From Prochlorococcus sp. AG-355-B18 (GTDB lineage Bacteria; Cyanobacteriota; Cyanobacteriia; PCC-6307; Cyanobiaceae), in contig QCDI01000007.1 in assembly GCA_003280965.1 (NCBI GenBank), positions 37,634-101,633 of the forward strand: a stretch of 64,000 nucleotides of DNA. The letters are read 5' to 3'. Made by a program: the position numbers and the translations under genes. How positions within the stretch are numbered: position 1 is the first letter of the stretch; each line of letters begins with the position of its first letter. Positions 40,973 to 53,305 of this stretch are shown piece by piece. The notes under the pieces were generated by a model, which was given only the letters and a program-made list of their open reading frames with translations, made no database searches and was not told where the DNA came from.

Positions 40973-42613
40973 TTGAGTACTTATTTTTTTGCAAATATGC
41001 CGACGCAAATGTTTGGAACTTTGGGGGCTGGACTGTCTACTTTTCCTTGGCTATCTGCTTCAATTTTATTCCCAATTGGCAGTGCGTTTGTGATACCTTT
41101 TTTCCCAGATAAAGGAGATGGTAAGGAGGTTAGATGGTTTGCTTTGGCTGTTGCATTAGTAACTTTTTTAATAACTGTAGGTTCATACATAAACGGCTTC
41201 GATATTAATAATGAAAATGTTCAACTTAAAGAAAATATAAGTTGGCTACCTGATTTAGGTCTTACTTGGTCTGTTGGGGCTGATGGTATTTCTATGCCGT
41301 TAATTTTATTAACCAGTTTTATAACGTCTCTGGCGGTTTTAGCTGCTTGGCCTGTAAAGTTCAAACCAAAGTTATTTTTCTTTTTAATATTGATTATGGA
41401 TGGTGGGCAAATTGCAGTGTTTGCCGTTCAAGATATGCTTTTATTCTTTTTAACTTGGGAACTTGAGTTAATTCCGGTATATCTATTATTAGCTATTTGG
41501 GGTGGTAAAAATAGACAATATGCAGCAACAAAATTCATTATTTATACTGCTGGAAGTTCTATATTTATCCTTCTAGCTGCATTGGCAATGGGTTTCTATG
41601 GTGCAGAAATTCCTAACTTTGAGTTTTCGCACTTAGCAGCTCAAGATTTCAGTCAAAATTTCCAAATACTCTGTTATGTGGGGCTATTAATAGCATTTGG
41701 AGTAAAACTTCCTATAGTACCTCTTCATACTTGGCTTCCAGATGCTCATGGAGAGGCAACAGCTCCTGTACATATGCTTTTAGCAGGAATTTTATTGAAG
41801 ATGGGAGGATATGCTCTTTTGAGATTTAATGCGCAATTATTACCCATGGCACATGCTCAATTTGCTCCATTATTAATAGTTTTAGGAGTAGTAAATATAA
41901 TTTATGCTGCACTAACTTCTTTTGCTCAAAGAAATCTCAAAAGAAAAATTGCATACAGTTCTATAAGTCATATGGGTTTCGTTCTCATTGGAATAGGTAG
42001 TTTTAGTAGCCTCGGTACAAGCGGAGCTATGCTTCAAATGGTTAGTCATGGACTAATTGGGGCTAGTTTGTTTTTTCTTGTTGGGGCTACTTATGATAGG
42101 ACAAAGACTCTAAAACTTGATGAAATGAGTGGTGTAGGACAAAAAATGAGAATAATGTTTGCCTTATGGACTGCTTGCTCACTTGCTTCACTTGCTTTAC
42201 CTGGTATGAGTGGATTTGTTTCCGAATTGATGGTTTTCACAGGATTTGTTACTGATGAAGTTTATACACTCCCGTTTAGAGTAGTTATGGCATCTTTAGC
42301 GGCTATAGGAGTAATTCTTACCCCCATTTATCTTCTCTCAATGTTACGAGAAATTTTCTTTGGTAAAGAAAATCCAAAATTGACCGAAGAACGAAAGCTA
42401 ATCGATGCAGAGCCAAGGGAAGTTTATATTATTGCTTGTTTGCTCTTGCCTATAATCGGAATAGGTTTATACCCAAGATTAGTGACTGAGAGTTATCTCG
42501 CATCTATTAACAATTTAGTAGATAGGGATTTAACCGCAGTCAAAAGTGCAGTTAAAACAAATATTTTTTCAGGCACTAAAAAAAATGAGATCTTAAAGGC
42601 TCCAACAATATAG
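40973..42613 (+). CDS. ndhD: NDH-1 subunit 4 (exact start uncertain)
   Basis: [23 protein letters not shown]. Confidence 0.93.
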   Translation: MSTYFFANMPTQMFGTLGAGLSTFPWLSASILFPIGSAFVIPFFPDKGDGKEVRWFALAVALVTFLITVGSYINGFDINNENVQLKENISWLPDLGLTWSVGADGISMPLILLTSFITSLAVLAAWPVKFKPKLFFFLILIMDGGQIAVFAVQDMLLFFLTWELELIPVYLLLAIWGGKNRQYAATKFIIYTAGSSIFILLAALAMGFYGAEIPNFEFSHLAAQDFSQNFQILCYVGLLIAFGVKLPIVPLHTWLPDAHGEATAPVHMLLAGILLKMGGYALLRFNAQLLPMAHAQFAPLLIVLGVVNIIYAALTSFAQRNLKRKIAYSSISHMGFVLIGIGSFSSLGTSGAMLQMVSHGLIGASLFFLVGATYDRTKTLKLDEMSGVGQKMRIMFALWTACSLASLALPGMSGFVSELMVFTGFVTDEVYTLPFRVVMASLAAIGVILTPIYLLSMLREIFFGKENPKLTEERKLIDAEPREVYIIACLLLPIIGIGLYPRLVTESYLASINNLVDRDLTAVKSAVKTNIFSGTKKNEILKAPTI

Positions 42614-42736
42614 TTTCTTAAATTAATGCAATATTGTTTGGCTTTAAATAAATAAAAAGATATCTTATGAGTAGTTATTAGCTAATTTAAAATATCCTAT
42701 TTAAATCCTACTGATAGGCAACAATTAGGCCCTAGA

Positions 42737-43582
42737 TTGTTGATTAAATTCCTTCAAGATGCCGCTGGGAAAGGTGATCTTGATCCATGGGATATTGATG
42801 TCATAAGTGTAATTGATAGTTTTTTAGAACAATATACACATACTTTCGGAAAAACTCCTAGTAGTCAGATTTCATTGCAAAAGGATTTATCTGAGACAAG
42901 CGAGGCATTTTTTGCGGCTTCAGTACTAGTTAATTTGAAGGCTCAAGTTTTGGAATCTGATGTTTTCAATGCAAATTCGTCAGATTATGAAGATGATTTT
43001 GATGTGGATGATCAAGATTGGATTGATCAAGAATTTGATATTCCTAAATATCCTGAAAAATATCTAAGGAGAAGATCGATAGCACAACCAATACTCAAAC
43101 GCACAACTACATTAGGAGAACTGGTAAGTCAGTTAGAGTCTATTGCTGAAGTTATAGAAACCCAAGATCTTATGCTAATGAAGAGAAAAAGAAGTAAAAA
43201 ATATTCTGATAGGACCTTAATTTCTCAAGTTAAATCTTTAGCACATCGCGAGAAACTGCCAGAGACTACTAAGGCGTTAGGCAGATTTATTGATGGGTGG
43301 GAAAAAGCATTACAATGGACAGATTTTGAATATTTAGTTGATAAATGGCAAAAAGTTGTAAAAAATGATTTAGATAAAGATCGTCTTGGAGTCTTTTGGG
43401 CTTTGTTGTTTTTATCGTCTGAAAACAAAATTGAACTTAAACAAATTAATTCGTTATACGGACCAATTCAAATTAAAAGAATAATTCCTGATGGAGGCTT
43501 AGCTCAATTGCCTATAGAAAATCTTGATGTCACAAATACCTCTAATTCTGCCTTTTCAAAGCTTAATAGTAATAAAGTATAA
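42737..43582 (+). CDS. scpA: Segregation/condensation protein A
   Basis: LDPWDIDVI, VFWALLFL. Confidence 0.8.
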   Translation: MLIKFLQDAAGKGDLDPWDIDVISVIDSFLEQYTHTFGKTPSSQISLQKDLSETSEAFFAASVLVNLKAQVLESDVFNANSSDYEDDFDVDDQDWIDQEFDIPKYPEKYLRRRSIAQPILKRTTTLGELVSQLESIAEVIETQDLMLMKRKRSKKYSDRTLISQVKSLAHREKLPETTKALGRFIDGWEKALQWTDFEYLVDKWQKVVKNDLDKDRLGVFWALLFLSSENKIELKQINSLYGPIQIKRIIPDGGLAQLPIENLDVTNTSNSAFSKLNSNKV

Positions 43583-43606
43583 TCTTTTAAAAGAGGTTTT
43601 GAATTC

Positions 43607-44785
43607 ATGAAGGCAATGATACTTGCGGCAGGGAAAGGGACACGTGTTCAGCCAATAACTCATATTATTCCAAAACCAATGATACCGATTTTACAAAAAC
43701 CTGTAATGGAGTTTCTTTTGGAACTTTTAAAAGAGCATGGTTTTAAAGAAATAATGGTTAACGTCTCGCACCTTGCCGAAGAAATTGAAAATTACTTTAG
43801 GGATGGTCAAAGATTCGGTGTGGAGATCGCATATAGTTTCGAAGGTAGAATTGAAGATGGGGAATTAATTGGTGATGCTTTAGGTTCGGCTGGAGGGCTA
43901 AAAAAAATTCAAGATTTTCAAAAATTCTTTGATGAAACTTTTGTTGTGCTTTGTGGGGATGCTTTAGTTGATCTAGATTTGACTGAAGCTGTAAAGAAAC
44001 ATAAGGAAAAGGGAGCAATTGCAAGTTTAATTACTAAAAAAGTAACCAGAGATCAAGTATCAAGCTATGGGGTAGTAGTCTCAGATGAAAACGGTCGGAT
44101 AAAGGCGTTCCAAGAAAAGCCATCTGTAGATAAAGCTTTAGGTGACTCTATAAATACAGGTATTTATCTTTTTGAACCTGAAATTTTCAATTACATACCA
44201 TCAGGTGAGAAATTTGATATTGGTGCTGATCTCTTCCCTAAACTAGTAGATATGAATTTGCCATTTTATGCACTGCCAATGGATTTCGAGTGGGTAGATA
44301 TTGGAAAAGTTCCTGATTATTGGAGTGCCATTCGCAATGTATTACAAGGCAAGGTAAGACAAGTAGAGATACCTGGGAAGGAAATTAAACCCGGAGTTTT
44401 CACCGGATTAAATGTGGCCGCTAATTGGGACAAAGTTGATATTACTGGCCCAGTATACATAGGTGGAATGACAAGAATAGAAGATGGCGCAACAATTATT
44501 GGCCCTGCAATGATTGGTCCAAGTTGTTGTATTTGTGAAGGTGCAACAATTGACAATTCAATTATTTTTGATTATTCCAAAATCGGTAAAGGTGTTCGAC
44601 TAGTCGATAAATTAGTATTTGGCCGTTACTGTGTGGGTAAAAATGGAGATCACTTCGATTTGCAAGATGCATCTTTGGATTGGTTGATTACAGATTCTAG
44701 AAGGTCAGATATGACTGAGCCATCCCCACAGCAGAAGGCAATGGCAGAATTGTTGGGTACTGATTTGATTAATATTCCAGAGTAA
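43607..44785 (+). CDS. Sugar-phosphate nucleotidyltransferase (CugP-like)
   Basis: LAAGKGTR..P.T...PKPM, FQEKP, C-terminal hexapeptide repeats. Confidence 0.88.
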   Translation: MKAMILAAGKGTRVQPITHIIPKPMIPILQKPVMEFLLELLKEHGFKEIMVNVSHLAEEIENYFRDGQRFGVEIAYSFEGRIEDGELIGDALGSAGGLKKIQDFQKFFDETFVVLCGDALVDLDLTEAVKKHKEKGAIASLITKKVTRDQVSSYGVVVSDENGRIKAFQEKPSVDKALGDSINTGIYLFEPEIFNYIPSGEKFDIGADLFPKLVDMNLPFYALPMDFEWVDIGKVPDYWSAIRNVLQGKVRQVEIPGKEIKPGVFTGLNVAANWDKVDITGPVYIGGMTRIEDGATIIGPAMIGPSCCICEGATIDNSIIFDYSKIGKGVRLVDKLVFGRYCVGKNGDHFDLQDASLDWLITDSRRSDMTEPSPQQKAMAELLGTDLINIPE

Positions 44786-45659
44786 GTTCAGCTTTTTTTA
44801 GAATCTCAGGAATTAAATGTTCTGCTTTAACTGCCATTAAATGAACACCATCCGCAATATTTATAAAATCTTTAGCTTGTTCAGCTGCAATTTGAATACC
44901 TTCTTGCAACGGGTCTTTAGCATTTTTAAGACGATTTATGATTTTTTCAGGGATGTTTGCACCCGGGACGTATTTGTTTATAAAAAGAGCGTTTTTGTAA
45001 GATTTTAATAGGAATACACCCGCAATTACAGGAATTTCAAGAGGGTTGCTAATTTTTTCACAAAATTCCATCAAATTTTCTCTCTCCATCACCATTTGAG
45101 TTTGTATGAAACCTGCTCCAGCCTCTTTTTTCTTCCTCATTCTAGTTTCTAGGCTTCTTTGATTTCTGCAATTAGGATCAGCTGCAGCTCCTGCAAATAT
45201 ATGTGTTTTTTTATCGGAAAGTTCTCCAAGACTAGGATCAATTCCTTTATTAAAGGCCTGAATTTGTTGAAGCAATCTAACTGATTCAAACTCGTGTACT
45301 GCTTTTGCATTTTGTTGATCCCCGGCTTTTACTGAATCACCGGTAATGCATAAAATGTTTTTAATTCCTAAAGCATTTGCTCCAAGAATGTCTGATTGTA
45401 AAGCAATTTTATTACGATCTCTACAAGATATTTGCATTACTGGTTCTATCCCATTTTCCAGTAATAGTTTGGACATTGCCAAGCTGCACATTCTCATTAC
45501 AGCCCTACTTCCGTCGGTAATGTTAACAGCATGTACCTTATCTTTCAAAAGTTGTGCTATCTTAAGAGATCTTACGGGGCTACCACCTCTGGGAGGCATT
45601 AACTCTGCCGTTATTACCTTAGATTTTTTTTCTAAAGTCTCCTGAAGTTTTGATTTCAA
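44769..45659 (-). CDS. metF: Methylenetetrahydrofolate reductase
   Basis: TAELMPPRG, CRDRN, FIQTQ. Confidence 0.88.
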   Translation of the reverse strand: MKSKLQETLEKKSKVITAELMPPRGGSPVRSLKIAQLLKDKVHAVNITDGSRAVMRMCSLAMSKLLLENGIEPVMQISCRDRNKIALQSDILGANALGIKNILCITGDSVKAGDQQNAKAVHEFESVRLLQQIQAFNKGIDPSLGELSDKKTHIFAGAAADPNCRNQRSLETRMRKKKEAGAGFIQTQMVMERENLMEFCEKISNPLEIPVIAGVFLLKSYKNALFINKYVPGANIPEKIINRLKNAKDPLQEGIQIAAEQAKDFINIADGVHLMAVKAEHLIPEILKKAELTLEY

Positions 45660-45736
45660 TTTCGTTTGTTTCCTACTTAGTTAACAAGTGTACTGAGATT
45701 GCTAAACTTAATTAATATAAAAAAGGAACTGTTTAA

Positions 45737-46015
45737 ATGCAAATGGTTGAAGAAGAAGTAAACAACATTGATATGATGGGTCTCTCAACAAGAGAGATGG
45801 AAATCATAGATCTAGTAGCTGATGGGCTAACAAATCAAGAAATTGCAGTAAAACTTACTATCAGTAAAAGAACTGTTGATAATCATGTAAGTAATATGTT
45901 TACAAAAACAGGTTCAAAAAATAGAGTAGCACTTTTGAATTGGGCTATGGATAATGGAAAGATTTGTAGAGATGGATTTAATTGTTGTTCTCTTCCAGAC
46001 TCCGATCAAGATTAG
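45737..46015 (+). CDS. Small LuxR-family regulator (PedR-like)
   Basis: LSTRE..GLTN.EIA..L.IS.RTV..H; C-terminal CC. Confidence 0.85.
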   Translation: MQMVEEEVNNIDMMGLSTREMEIIDLVADGLTNQEIAVKLTISKRTVDNHVSNMFTKTGSKNRVALLNWAMDNGKICRDGFNCCSLPDSDQD

Positions 46016-46163
46016 TCCCTTTTACTTTTTTTCTATCGTTAACTAAATCCATTAAACAATAATTTGTAGAACTTAATTCGAAGAGTTCAGCATATGCTAT
46101 GCAAGCATCTTTGTCTGAATCAACAAATCTCAATACCCCCTCTTTGTCGTAGAGACCGTACAT
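45978..46163 (-). CDS. Conserved small hypothetical protein
   Basis: MYGLYDKEGVLRF...ACIAYAELF. Confidence 0.6.
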   Translation of the reverse strand: MYGLYDKEGVLRFVDSDKDACIAYAELFELSSTNYCLMDLVNDRKKVKGTNLDRSLEENNN

Positions 46164-46245
46164 TTGCGGAATAAAAATTTTGTTTTAAATATAAAGAAAA
46201 TATAAAGGAAAGGTGGCTCTTTTGGCTAGTTATTTTTGAGAGTTG

Positions 46246-46722
46246 TCAAATGTCATTTTTCCATGTTGAAAAAGGTTTATTAGAAAGACTTAAATTTGAG
46301 TAATCTGTTAGCCCAGTAATTTCTTTTGAGATGAAAGATGGCAGACTTAAGTCTTCATCTTCATCAGATAGTTCGATTTCGGCAATTTCAAGTGGATAAT
46401 TATTTTCTTTAAAACAATCTATAATCCAAGATTTTTTTTCAACTTCTAAAAGGAATCTTTCTTTTTTAATTGTATTTGAAAGATTTGACATTATAGTTTC
46501 ACCATCTTTTTGTGAAATGGAGTATTCAAATTCAAGGTTGGTAAAGCTTTTTATATGTTTTTTGAAAGCAATTTTAAAGTCCTTACCTGTAAACCTTATC
46601 CTAATAATCCAGTTATCTAAGCTTTGTGATAGATATCCTTGTTCAATAAAAATTTTTCCCGTGATGAATTTTTTCCAATCATTATTTTTTACAAGAAATC
46701 TTCTTTCTATTTCTAAGGCCAT
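46246..46722 (-). CDS. CYTH domain protein
   Basis: EIERRFL, EFEY, AEIEL. Confidence 0.88.
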   Translation of the reverse strand: MALEIERRFLVKNNDWKKFITGKIFIEQGYLSQSLDNWIIRIRFTGKDFKIAFKKHIKSFTNLEFEYSISQKDGETIMSNLSNTIKKERFLLEVEKKSWIIDCFKENNYPLEIAEIELSDEDEDLSLPSFISKEITGLTDYSNLSLSNKPFSTWKNDI

Positions 46723-47634
46723 TTAATTAATTGGATTTTTTAGAGATAAATCTCCTTTCCAATCAAGTTTTTTTATTAAGGTGTTGTAATAGTTAGCACT
46801 TTGTTTAAACTTTATTATCTTGCAGGGTGAGTTACCTTTTTTGATCTCACAATAATAAGTTTCCTTTATGGTCATACATTTTGCACCATCTCTCCATAAT
46901 TTAATTGCTCCTTTACTTTTTTTTACTGGTCTAATTATTACCTTACTTGTATTAGGTATAACGATTGGTCTACTAGCTAAACTCATTGGGCATATAGGGT
47001 TAATTATTATCGCATCTACACTAGGGTGCACTATTGGCCCGCCTGCAGCCATAGAGTATGCTGTTGAACCAGTTGAAGTAGAGATAATTAATCCATCACC
47101 TTTATATTCGTTCACTTTCTCATTATCGATTTCAATTTGTATTTGATTGGTGGGAGAAACATCCTCTTCAGTTGATTTAAAATAAAAATCATTTAATGCG
47201 TCGTAGCTTTTAATAATTTTTTCCCCATGATTGGTCCTACTCAAACAAATATTACAATTCAATCTATTACGGAGGTCAATTATATATTCTTCTTTCTCGA
47301 GAATTTCAATAAAGGATTTGTCAAATAAAAAATCTTTTTCTTGAGTAAGAAATCCCAAATTTCCACCAATATTAATGCTTAATAAAGGAATATCATAATC
47401 CGCTAATGCATTGGCACATTTCAGCAAGGTTCCATCTCCACCAAGGGCTATGCCAATATTTGGTTGAAATTCAGAATTAGAAAGACATTTTTTTATTTCA
47501 TCTTTATTAAAATCACTTTCTATTCTTATTGATTCAATATTTTTGTCTTTGAGGACTTCTTCACAGAATTTAGAAGCCTTTTGTGCTATTGAACTATCTG
47601 AACGATATATGATAAGAACTAATGAAAGTTTCAT
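46723..47634 (-). CDS. nadK: NAD kinase
   Basis: [24 protein letters not shown]. Confidence 0.92.
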   Translation of the reverse strand: MKLSLVLIIYRSDSSIAQKASKFCEEVLKDKNIESIRIESDFNKDEIKKCLSNSEFQPNIGIALGGDGTLLKCANALADYDIPLLSINIGGNLGFLTQEKDFLFDKSFIEILEKEEYIIDLRNRLNCNICLSRTNHGEKIIKSYDALNDFYFKSTEEDVSPTNQIQIEIDNEKVNEYKGDGLIISTSTGSTAYSMAAGGPIVHPSVDAIIINPICPMSLASRPIVIPNTSKVIIRPVKKSKGAIKLWRDGAKCMTIKETYYCEIKKGNSPCKIIKFKQSANYYNTLIKKLDWKGDLSLKNPIN

Positions 47635-47643
47635 CTAATGGTT

Positions 47644-47964
47644 TTACCATTTTAATAAATTAAAACTTTCCATATCTACAGTAACCCTATTTCTGTAAAG
47701 AGATAAAAGAATAGCTAATCCAACCGCGGCTTCTGCAGCAGCAACCGTTAAAACAAAAATTGTAAAAACTTGTCCTTGAATTAAATTATTATCAATATAA
47801 GAAGAAAAAGTCATCAGGTTTATATTTACCGCATTTAACATTAATTCAATACTCATTAGTACTCGAACTGCATTTCTGCTATTTAATAATCCCCAAATAC
47901 CAATACAAAAAAGTACTGAAGATATTATCAAAAAAGCTTGAATAGGAATTGATTCTAAATTCAT
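47644..47964 (-). CDS. ndhE: NDH-1 subunit 4L
   Basis: MSIELMLN, AAAEAAVGLA. Confidence 0.95.
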   Translation of the reverse strand: MNLESIPIQAFLIISSVLFCIGIWGLLNSRNAVRVLMSIELMLNAVNINLMTFSSYIDNNLIQGQVFTIFVLTVAAAEAAVGLAILLSLYRNRVTVDMESFNLLKW

Positions 47965-47982
47965 GATAAATAACTAGGTTGG

Positions 47983-48582
47983 TTAATTTTTATTAGTAAG
48001 TAATGGTTCTGATGATTTTTCAATTAATTCTTGATCAACAGGTAATCCAGTTGAAATATCTTCGTTCATAACATCTCTTCTAGCTAAAACAATAGCCCCA
48101 ATCATTGCCATTAAAAGTAAAACTGAAGCTACTTCAAATGGGAGTAAATAATCGCTAAATAGATGTTCACCTATCCTGATAGTTGATTCTTCTCCTATGG
48201 AGTTTTGTGGGCTTGCTAGGTTCCATACCTTGGTCAAGTCGACTCTAATTAAAAGGCTGAGTAGGGTTAAACATATTAATGATGATATGATTCTCCTTGA
48301 TTTAATGTCATTGATGGGCTTTAAATCTTCTTTTTTATTAACTAGCATTATAGCAAAAATTATTAATACATTTACTGCACCCACATAAACTAACACTTGT
48401 GCTGCAGCAACAAAACTTGCGTTTAAAAGTAGATATAATCCAGCAACACTCATGAAAACTCCTCCAAGAAGAAAGGCAGAATAAACAATACTTTCAAGCA
48501 ATACAACCCCTAGAGCTCCTATTAGAATTACTAAAGATAAGACTGTAAAACAAATAAGTTGGGTTGTTATTGCAATAGACAT
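47983..48582 (-). CDS. ndhG: NDH-1 subunit 6
   Basis: QVLVYVGAV, LPFEVAS. Confidence 0.95.
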   Translation of the reverse strand: MSIAITTQLICFTVLSLVILIGALGVVLLESIVYSAFLLGGVFMSVAGLYLLLNASFVAAAQVLVYVGAVNVLIIFAIMLVNKKEDLKPINDIKSRRIISSLICLTLLSLLIRVDLTKVWNLASPQNSIGEESTIRIGEHLFSDYLLPFEVASVLLLMAMIGAIVLARRDVMNEDISTGLPVDQELIEKSSEPLLTNKN

Positions 48583-48595
48583 AAATTAATTAAAA

Positions 48596-49222
48596 TTAAT
48601 TGTTAGAATTAGAAACTGTATTTTTATTTTCAGTGGAGGCTGGTTTCATCCAATCATAGACTTCTTCTGGTAATTTACCAACTCTGATATCTGAATCTGG
48701 GATTTCGTGAGGATCCATTACCCCTTTAGGTAGATAAGCAAGTTCTCTCAATGGTTTTACTGATGGATCTGTTGTGACATTTGTAGGAAGTCTACCAAGT
48801 GCGACATTATCAAAATTTAAATTGTGCCTATCGAAAGTAGCTAATTCATATTCTTCAGTCATTGATAGACAGTTAGTAGGACAATATTCAACGCAATTAC
48901 CACAAAAAATACAAACTCCAAAATCTATTGAATAATTTCTAAGTTCCTTTTTTTTTGTTTCTTTATTCATAACCCAATCAACAACTGGAAGATTTATGGG
49001 GCATACTCTCACGCAAACTTCACAAGCAATACATTTATCGAATTCATAATGTATCCTTCCTCTATATCTTTCGGAGGGTATGAGTTTTTCATATGGATAT
49101 TGAACAGTAACAGGTCTTCTGCGAAGATGATCAAAAGTTACCGATATACCATTATATAAATATTTGCCAGCATTAAACGCTTCTTTGATATAGCTATTTA
49201 TTTGTTGAAGGAAATTGTTCAT
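48596..49222 (-). CDS. ndhI: NDH-1 subunit I
   Basis: Two CxxCxxCxxxCP clusters. Confidence 0.95.
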   Translation of the reverse strand: MNNFLQQINSYIKEAFNAGKYLYNGISVTFDHLRRRPVTVQYPYEKLIPSERYRGRIHYEFDKCIACEVCVRVCPINLPVVDWVMNKETKKKELRNYSIDFGVCIFCGNCVEYCPTNCLSMTEEYELATFDRHNLNFDNVALGRLPTNVTTDPSVKPLRELAYLPKGVMDPHEIPDSDIRVGKLPEEVYDWMKPASTENKNTVSNSNN

Positions 49223-49291
49223 TTTGAAAAATTTACTTTGTTATTTTTATTTTAGTGGAATAATTTTAAATTTAAGTATTTTTACTTAAAT

Positions 49292-50410
49292 TTAACCACC
49301 AAAGAATTGCGGAAAAGCAAGTTTTAATCCTGCAGTTATCAAAAGATTAGCAAGAGAAATTGGAAGAAGAAACTTCCATCCAAGATCTAAAAGCTGATCT
49401 ATTCTTACTCTTGGAGTTGTCCAACGTAATAATATTGCAATGAAAACTAAAAGATAAGCTTTTAATACAGTCATTACAATTCCTATTGATGCAGTGAAAA
49501 CCTGTATTAAGGGTGCGTTAATTGGCAAATTTAGAAATTTAGCTATTAACTCTACAGGTATAGGAAAACCCCATCCTCCCAAATAAAGTATTGATACCAA
49601 TAGTGCCGAAAGTATTAGATTGATATAGCTACCAAGGTAAAATAATGCGAATTTCATCCCTGCATATTCAGTTTGATATCCTGCAACTAACTCTTCTTCA
49701 GCTTCAGGTAAGTCAAATGGAAGTCGTTCACATTCTGCGAGTGCACAAATCCAAAAAACTATAAAGCCAACTGGTTGTCTCCAAATATTCCAACTTAGTA
49801 TTCCAGCTCCGCTTTGTTGGTTAACTATGTCAATAGTACTTAGAGAATTTGTCATTAGTACAATAGCCAGTACAGATAAGGCTAATGGTATTTCGTAACT
49901 TATAGATTGGGCAGCTGCTCTTAATCCACCTAATAATGAATATTTGTTATTTGATGCATATCCGCTCATAAGAAGACCAATTGGCTGGATACTACTCAAG
50001 GCAATCCATAAAAATATTCCGATACCAACATTACTAATAAGAAGGTTTTGCCCAAAAGGAACAATTAACCAGGAGAGAATAACTGGGACAAGAACTAATA
50101 TAGGTCCTGCAGTGAAGAGAATCCCATCTGCTTTAGCAGGAATAATATCCTCTTTAACTAATAACTTAAGACCATCTGCAATTGGTTGGAGTACACCAAG
50201 AGCTCCTGCATATTCCGGTCCTATTCTTTGTTGAGCAGCAGCAGAAATTTTTCTTTCAAGCCAAACTGTGACTAAAACTCCAACAACTGCTGCAACTAAA
50301 ACCAAAAGCATAGGTAGAGGGAGCCAAATTATATGCGCGATCTCACTAGAAAGGCCAAAGCCTTTTAAGAATTCATTAAAACTATATTCGAGATCAAGTC
50401 CGTATTCCAA
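49292..50410 (-). CDS. ndhA: NDH-1 subunit 1
   Basis: [23 protein letters not shown]. Confidence 0.95.
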   Translation of the reverse strand: MEYGLDLEYSFNEFLKGFGLSSEIAHIIWLPLPMLLVLVAAVVGVLVTVWLERKISAAAQQRIGPEYAGALGVLQPIADGLKLLVKEDIIPAKADGILFTAGPILVLVPVILSWLIVPFGQNLLISNVGIGIFLWIALSSIQPIGLLMSGYASNNKYSLLGGLRAAAQSISYEIPLALSVLAIVLMTNSLSTIDIVNQQSGAGILSWNIWRQPVGFIVFWICALAECERLPFDLPEAEEELVAGYQTEYAGMKFALFYLGSYINLILSALLVSILYLGGWGFPIPVELIAKFLNLPINAPLIQVFTASIGIVMTVLKAYLLVFIAILLRWTTPRVRIDQLLDLGWKFLLPISLANLLITAGLKLAFPQFFGG

Positions 50411-50485
50411 AATTTTGAAGTTATTTACTTAATAGATTAACTCCTCACACTCAATATGTGTGTTTTTTATGAAAAGCTGCAAATA

Positions 50486-51631
50486 TTATTCTCTATTTTC
50501 TAATCTGATCCAATCCCTTGGAGATGATCCAGTATATATTTGAGATGGTCTAAAAATTCTATTTGCACCAAGTTGTTCTCTCCAATGAGCCAGCCAGCCA
50601 GCAACTCTTGATATAGCAAAAATTGGAGTAAATAAATCTCGAGGAATACCAAGTTTCCTATAAACAAGACCAGAATAAAAGTCCACGTTGGGGAATATAC
50701 CCTTTGGTCCAAGTCTTGGAATTGCTTCTGCCTCTAAAGATTTAGCAACTTCATACATTTCATCTGCTCCAAATCTTATAAAAAGCTCTTCTGCCAGTTT
50801 TTGAAGAATTATTGCTCTTGGATCTTTAACTTTATATTCTCTATGACCGAAGCCCATAATCTTACTTTTATTTTTTATCGCGTTATCTAAAAAAGAAGCA
50901 GCATTTTCTGGAGTTTTGATCTCTTCTAACATTGCAATCACATCCTCATTTGCTCCTCCATGGAGCGGGCCAGCCAATGTGCCTACTGCAGAGGCGATCA
51001 CTGCATATGGATCTGTAAGAGTGCTTGCAGTTACTCTAGCGCTAAATGTACTTGCGTTTAAACTATGTTCAGCATGTAGAATTAAACACCTATCAAAAAC
51101 TTTTGCAGCAATAGGATCTTGTTCTTTTTCAGTCAACATGTAAAGAAAATTTGATGAGTAAGTTAAGTCATCTCTGGGTTGAATAGGGTCTTGTCCTTTT
51201 CTAATGAGTTGAAACGCAGCAATCAAAGTGGGTATTTTTGCTATTAGTCTTATCACTGCGTTGTAGATGTAATTAGGATCATCTATTGCTCTACGTGAAT
51301 AGAAAAGCCCCAAAGAAGCCGCACTAGATTGAAGTGCATCCATAGGATGGCCCGTCGCGGGGAAACATTTCATCATATCTCTGACTCTAAAACTTAACCT
51401 TCTATGCATCTGAACTTCTTGTTCAAAATCTCTTAGTTGTATAGCTGTAGGCAATTCACCCCAAATCAATAGATAAGCAGTTTCTAAAAAACTACTTTTT
51501 TTGGATAGCTCTTCAATGGAGTAGCCTCTATATAATAATTTACCTTTGTTGCCGTCAATATCACAGATAGATGAATTAGTAACAGGTACACCCTCTAATC
51601 CTGGTTTTAAAATTAGTTTGTTACTATCCAA
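50486..51631 (-). CDS. gltA: Citrate synthase
   Basis: GPLHGGAN, MGFGHR, PNVDFYSG. Confidence 0.95.
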   Translation of the reverse strand: MDSNKLILKPGLEGVPVTNSSICDIDGNKGKLLYRGYSIEELSKKSSFLETAYLLIWGELPTAIQLRDFEQEVQMHRRLSFRVRDMMKCFPATGHPMDALQSSAASLGLFYSRRAIDDPNYIYNAVIRLIAKIPTLIAAFQLIRKGQDPIQPRDDLTYSSNFLYMLTEKEQDPIAAKVFDRCLILHAEHSLNASTFSARVTASTLTDPYAVIASAVGTLAGPLHGGANEDVIAMLEEIKTPENAASFLDNAIKNKSKIMGFGHREYKVKDPRAIILQKLAEELFIRFGADEMYEVAKSLEAEAIPRLGPKGIFPNVDFYSGLVYRKLGIPRDLFTPIFAISRVAGWLAHWREQLGANRIFRPSQIYTGSSPRDWIRLENRE

Positions 51632-51755
51632 TTTTTTAAATAAATATCAAATACTTATAGATTAAAGATAGTCAAATAATTTTTAATTAACCACAAGTTA
51701 TTAACTTCACCAAAATTTAAATTGATTGTGATTGAAGCTTGTTTTAACAACTTTA

Positions 51756-53222
51756 TTAAAGTATTTTTAATATTGTTTCTGTATAAAGAATTGGATTTTT
51801 TTCAGGAATAGATTGCTTTATGACTTCTAGAGATTCTTCAGTTGATATTTTTAATATATTTCTAATGAGATAATTAAGATCTTTTAAATCAGAAAAATAT
51901 TCAATTTTATTGGAATTTCCATCTTTAACATCAACTTTTGCATAAAGAAAAGCAGATTTATCTTTATTCCTTTTTAGGTTAAAAAATTTTTTTGAAATTG
52001 TTTCGAGTTTTTTACCATCAATAAAATAGTTGCTTATGATTTGTAAATCCCTTGATTCTATTGAATAGATATTTTCATAAGTTAATTGTTTTATTACGTC
52101 GTCTTTTTCTTCAAGAATATCTTTGGAATATACCGAGTAAATATCTTCATTTCGTTTCAAAGTATATTTGTTGAAATCTTTGATTTTTTTCAAAGTACTG
52201 AAATCAAATTGATCTATAGTATTTTTTTCAAATGTAATAAGCCATTCGTTATTTGAATTGAGAATTAAAACGTTTTGATTTGAATCTTGATTAAATTCTT
52301 CAAAAAAACTGAGTTCAAAATTATTTATTAGAGGTTTTAGATAATTTTTTAAATTTTTTATATCACTAAAAATTAAAACTTCAGGATTATCCTCATTAAT
52401 ATTTTCTTGATTTAATAGCTTATCATAAGTATGAATATCAAGATTTTTTTTATTGTTTAGTAAATATGATTTTAATTTTAGATGTCTATTTTTTAAGTCA
52501 AATGTTGTAGCTATTATATCCCCTTTATTCTCAGTAAAAATTTCTTTATTAAAAAATATACTTTCCGCAAATTTATTTGCTAATAGTATATTTTTTTCGT
52601 TTTTTAGTCCAAGAAGTTGTCTCTCATATTGAAATTTCTTTTCTTTAAAATCATTACTAGAGTTAATACTATTTCTGATTAATTTTTTATCTGATGAAGC
52701 TATTATATAATTATCTTCGGTTCGATAGATAAAGTTAAGGTAATTTATTTTATTTTCTCTACTAATTGAAATTATCTCATCAATATGATCAATTCTATCA
52801 GGCAAATTTAGTATGTCGTCTATTGTTTTTTCTGGCTTAATTTTAAATACGAGTAAAATATCATCTTTAATCTTTTTATCATTCTCAAAAGTTGAGATTA
52901 TAAGTTCATTATTGTAGATATCTTCTAATTTATTGTTGCCTAGATCTATACCTAAGTAATCTAAAATAGAATCTTTTATTAAAACAAAGTCACTTTGATT
53001 TTTTGGATTTTTATCTTTTTCAATATTGTTAACAATATTAAAACTATCTAAGTTTGAAATAAATAATAATTTATTGTTTTCTGGTATAAATTTTAAGATA
53101 TTTAATTGCTCAATATTTGTACTTACCTCCTTATTTTTATTAGCAGAAACTTTTTTAAAACCAAAAAAAAGTAATAAAGACAATAATATTATTATTGCTA
53201 CTAATCTGAGTCTCATTATCAA
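51756..53222 (-). CDS. Hypothetical protein with N-terminal membrane anchor
   Basis: 488-aa ORF with hydrophobic N-terminus. Confidence 0.65.
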   Translation of the reverse strand: MIMRLRLVAIIILLSLLLFFGFKKVSANKNKEVSTNIEQLNILKFIPENNKLLFISNLDSFNIVNNIEKDKNPKNQSDFVLIKDSILDYLGIDLGNNKLEDIYNNELIISTFENDKKIKDDILLVFKIKPEKTIDDILNLPDRIDHIDEIISISRENKINYLNFIYRTEDNYIIASSDKKLIRNSINSSNDFKEKKFQYERQLLGLKNEKNILLANKFAESIFFNKEIFTENKGDIIATTFDLKNRHLKLKSYLLNNKKNLDIHTYDKLLNQENINEDNPEVLIFSDIKNLKNYLKPLINNFELSFFEEFNQDSNQNVLILNSNNEWLITFEKNTIDQFDFSTLKKIKDFNKYTLKRNEDIYSVYSKDILEEKDDVIKQLTYENIYSIESRDLQIISNYFIDGKKLETISKKFFNLKRNKDKSAFLYAKVDVKDGNSNKIEYFSDLKDLNYLIRNILKISTEESLEVIKQSIPEKNPILYTETILKIL

Positions 53223-53305
53223 TGTTTATTTTTATTTTTAACAATAAATTTCCTGCTGCAACTTAATTTATTAAATTGTAAATAACACATAATTTATCCT
53301 ATCAA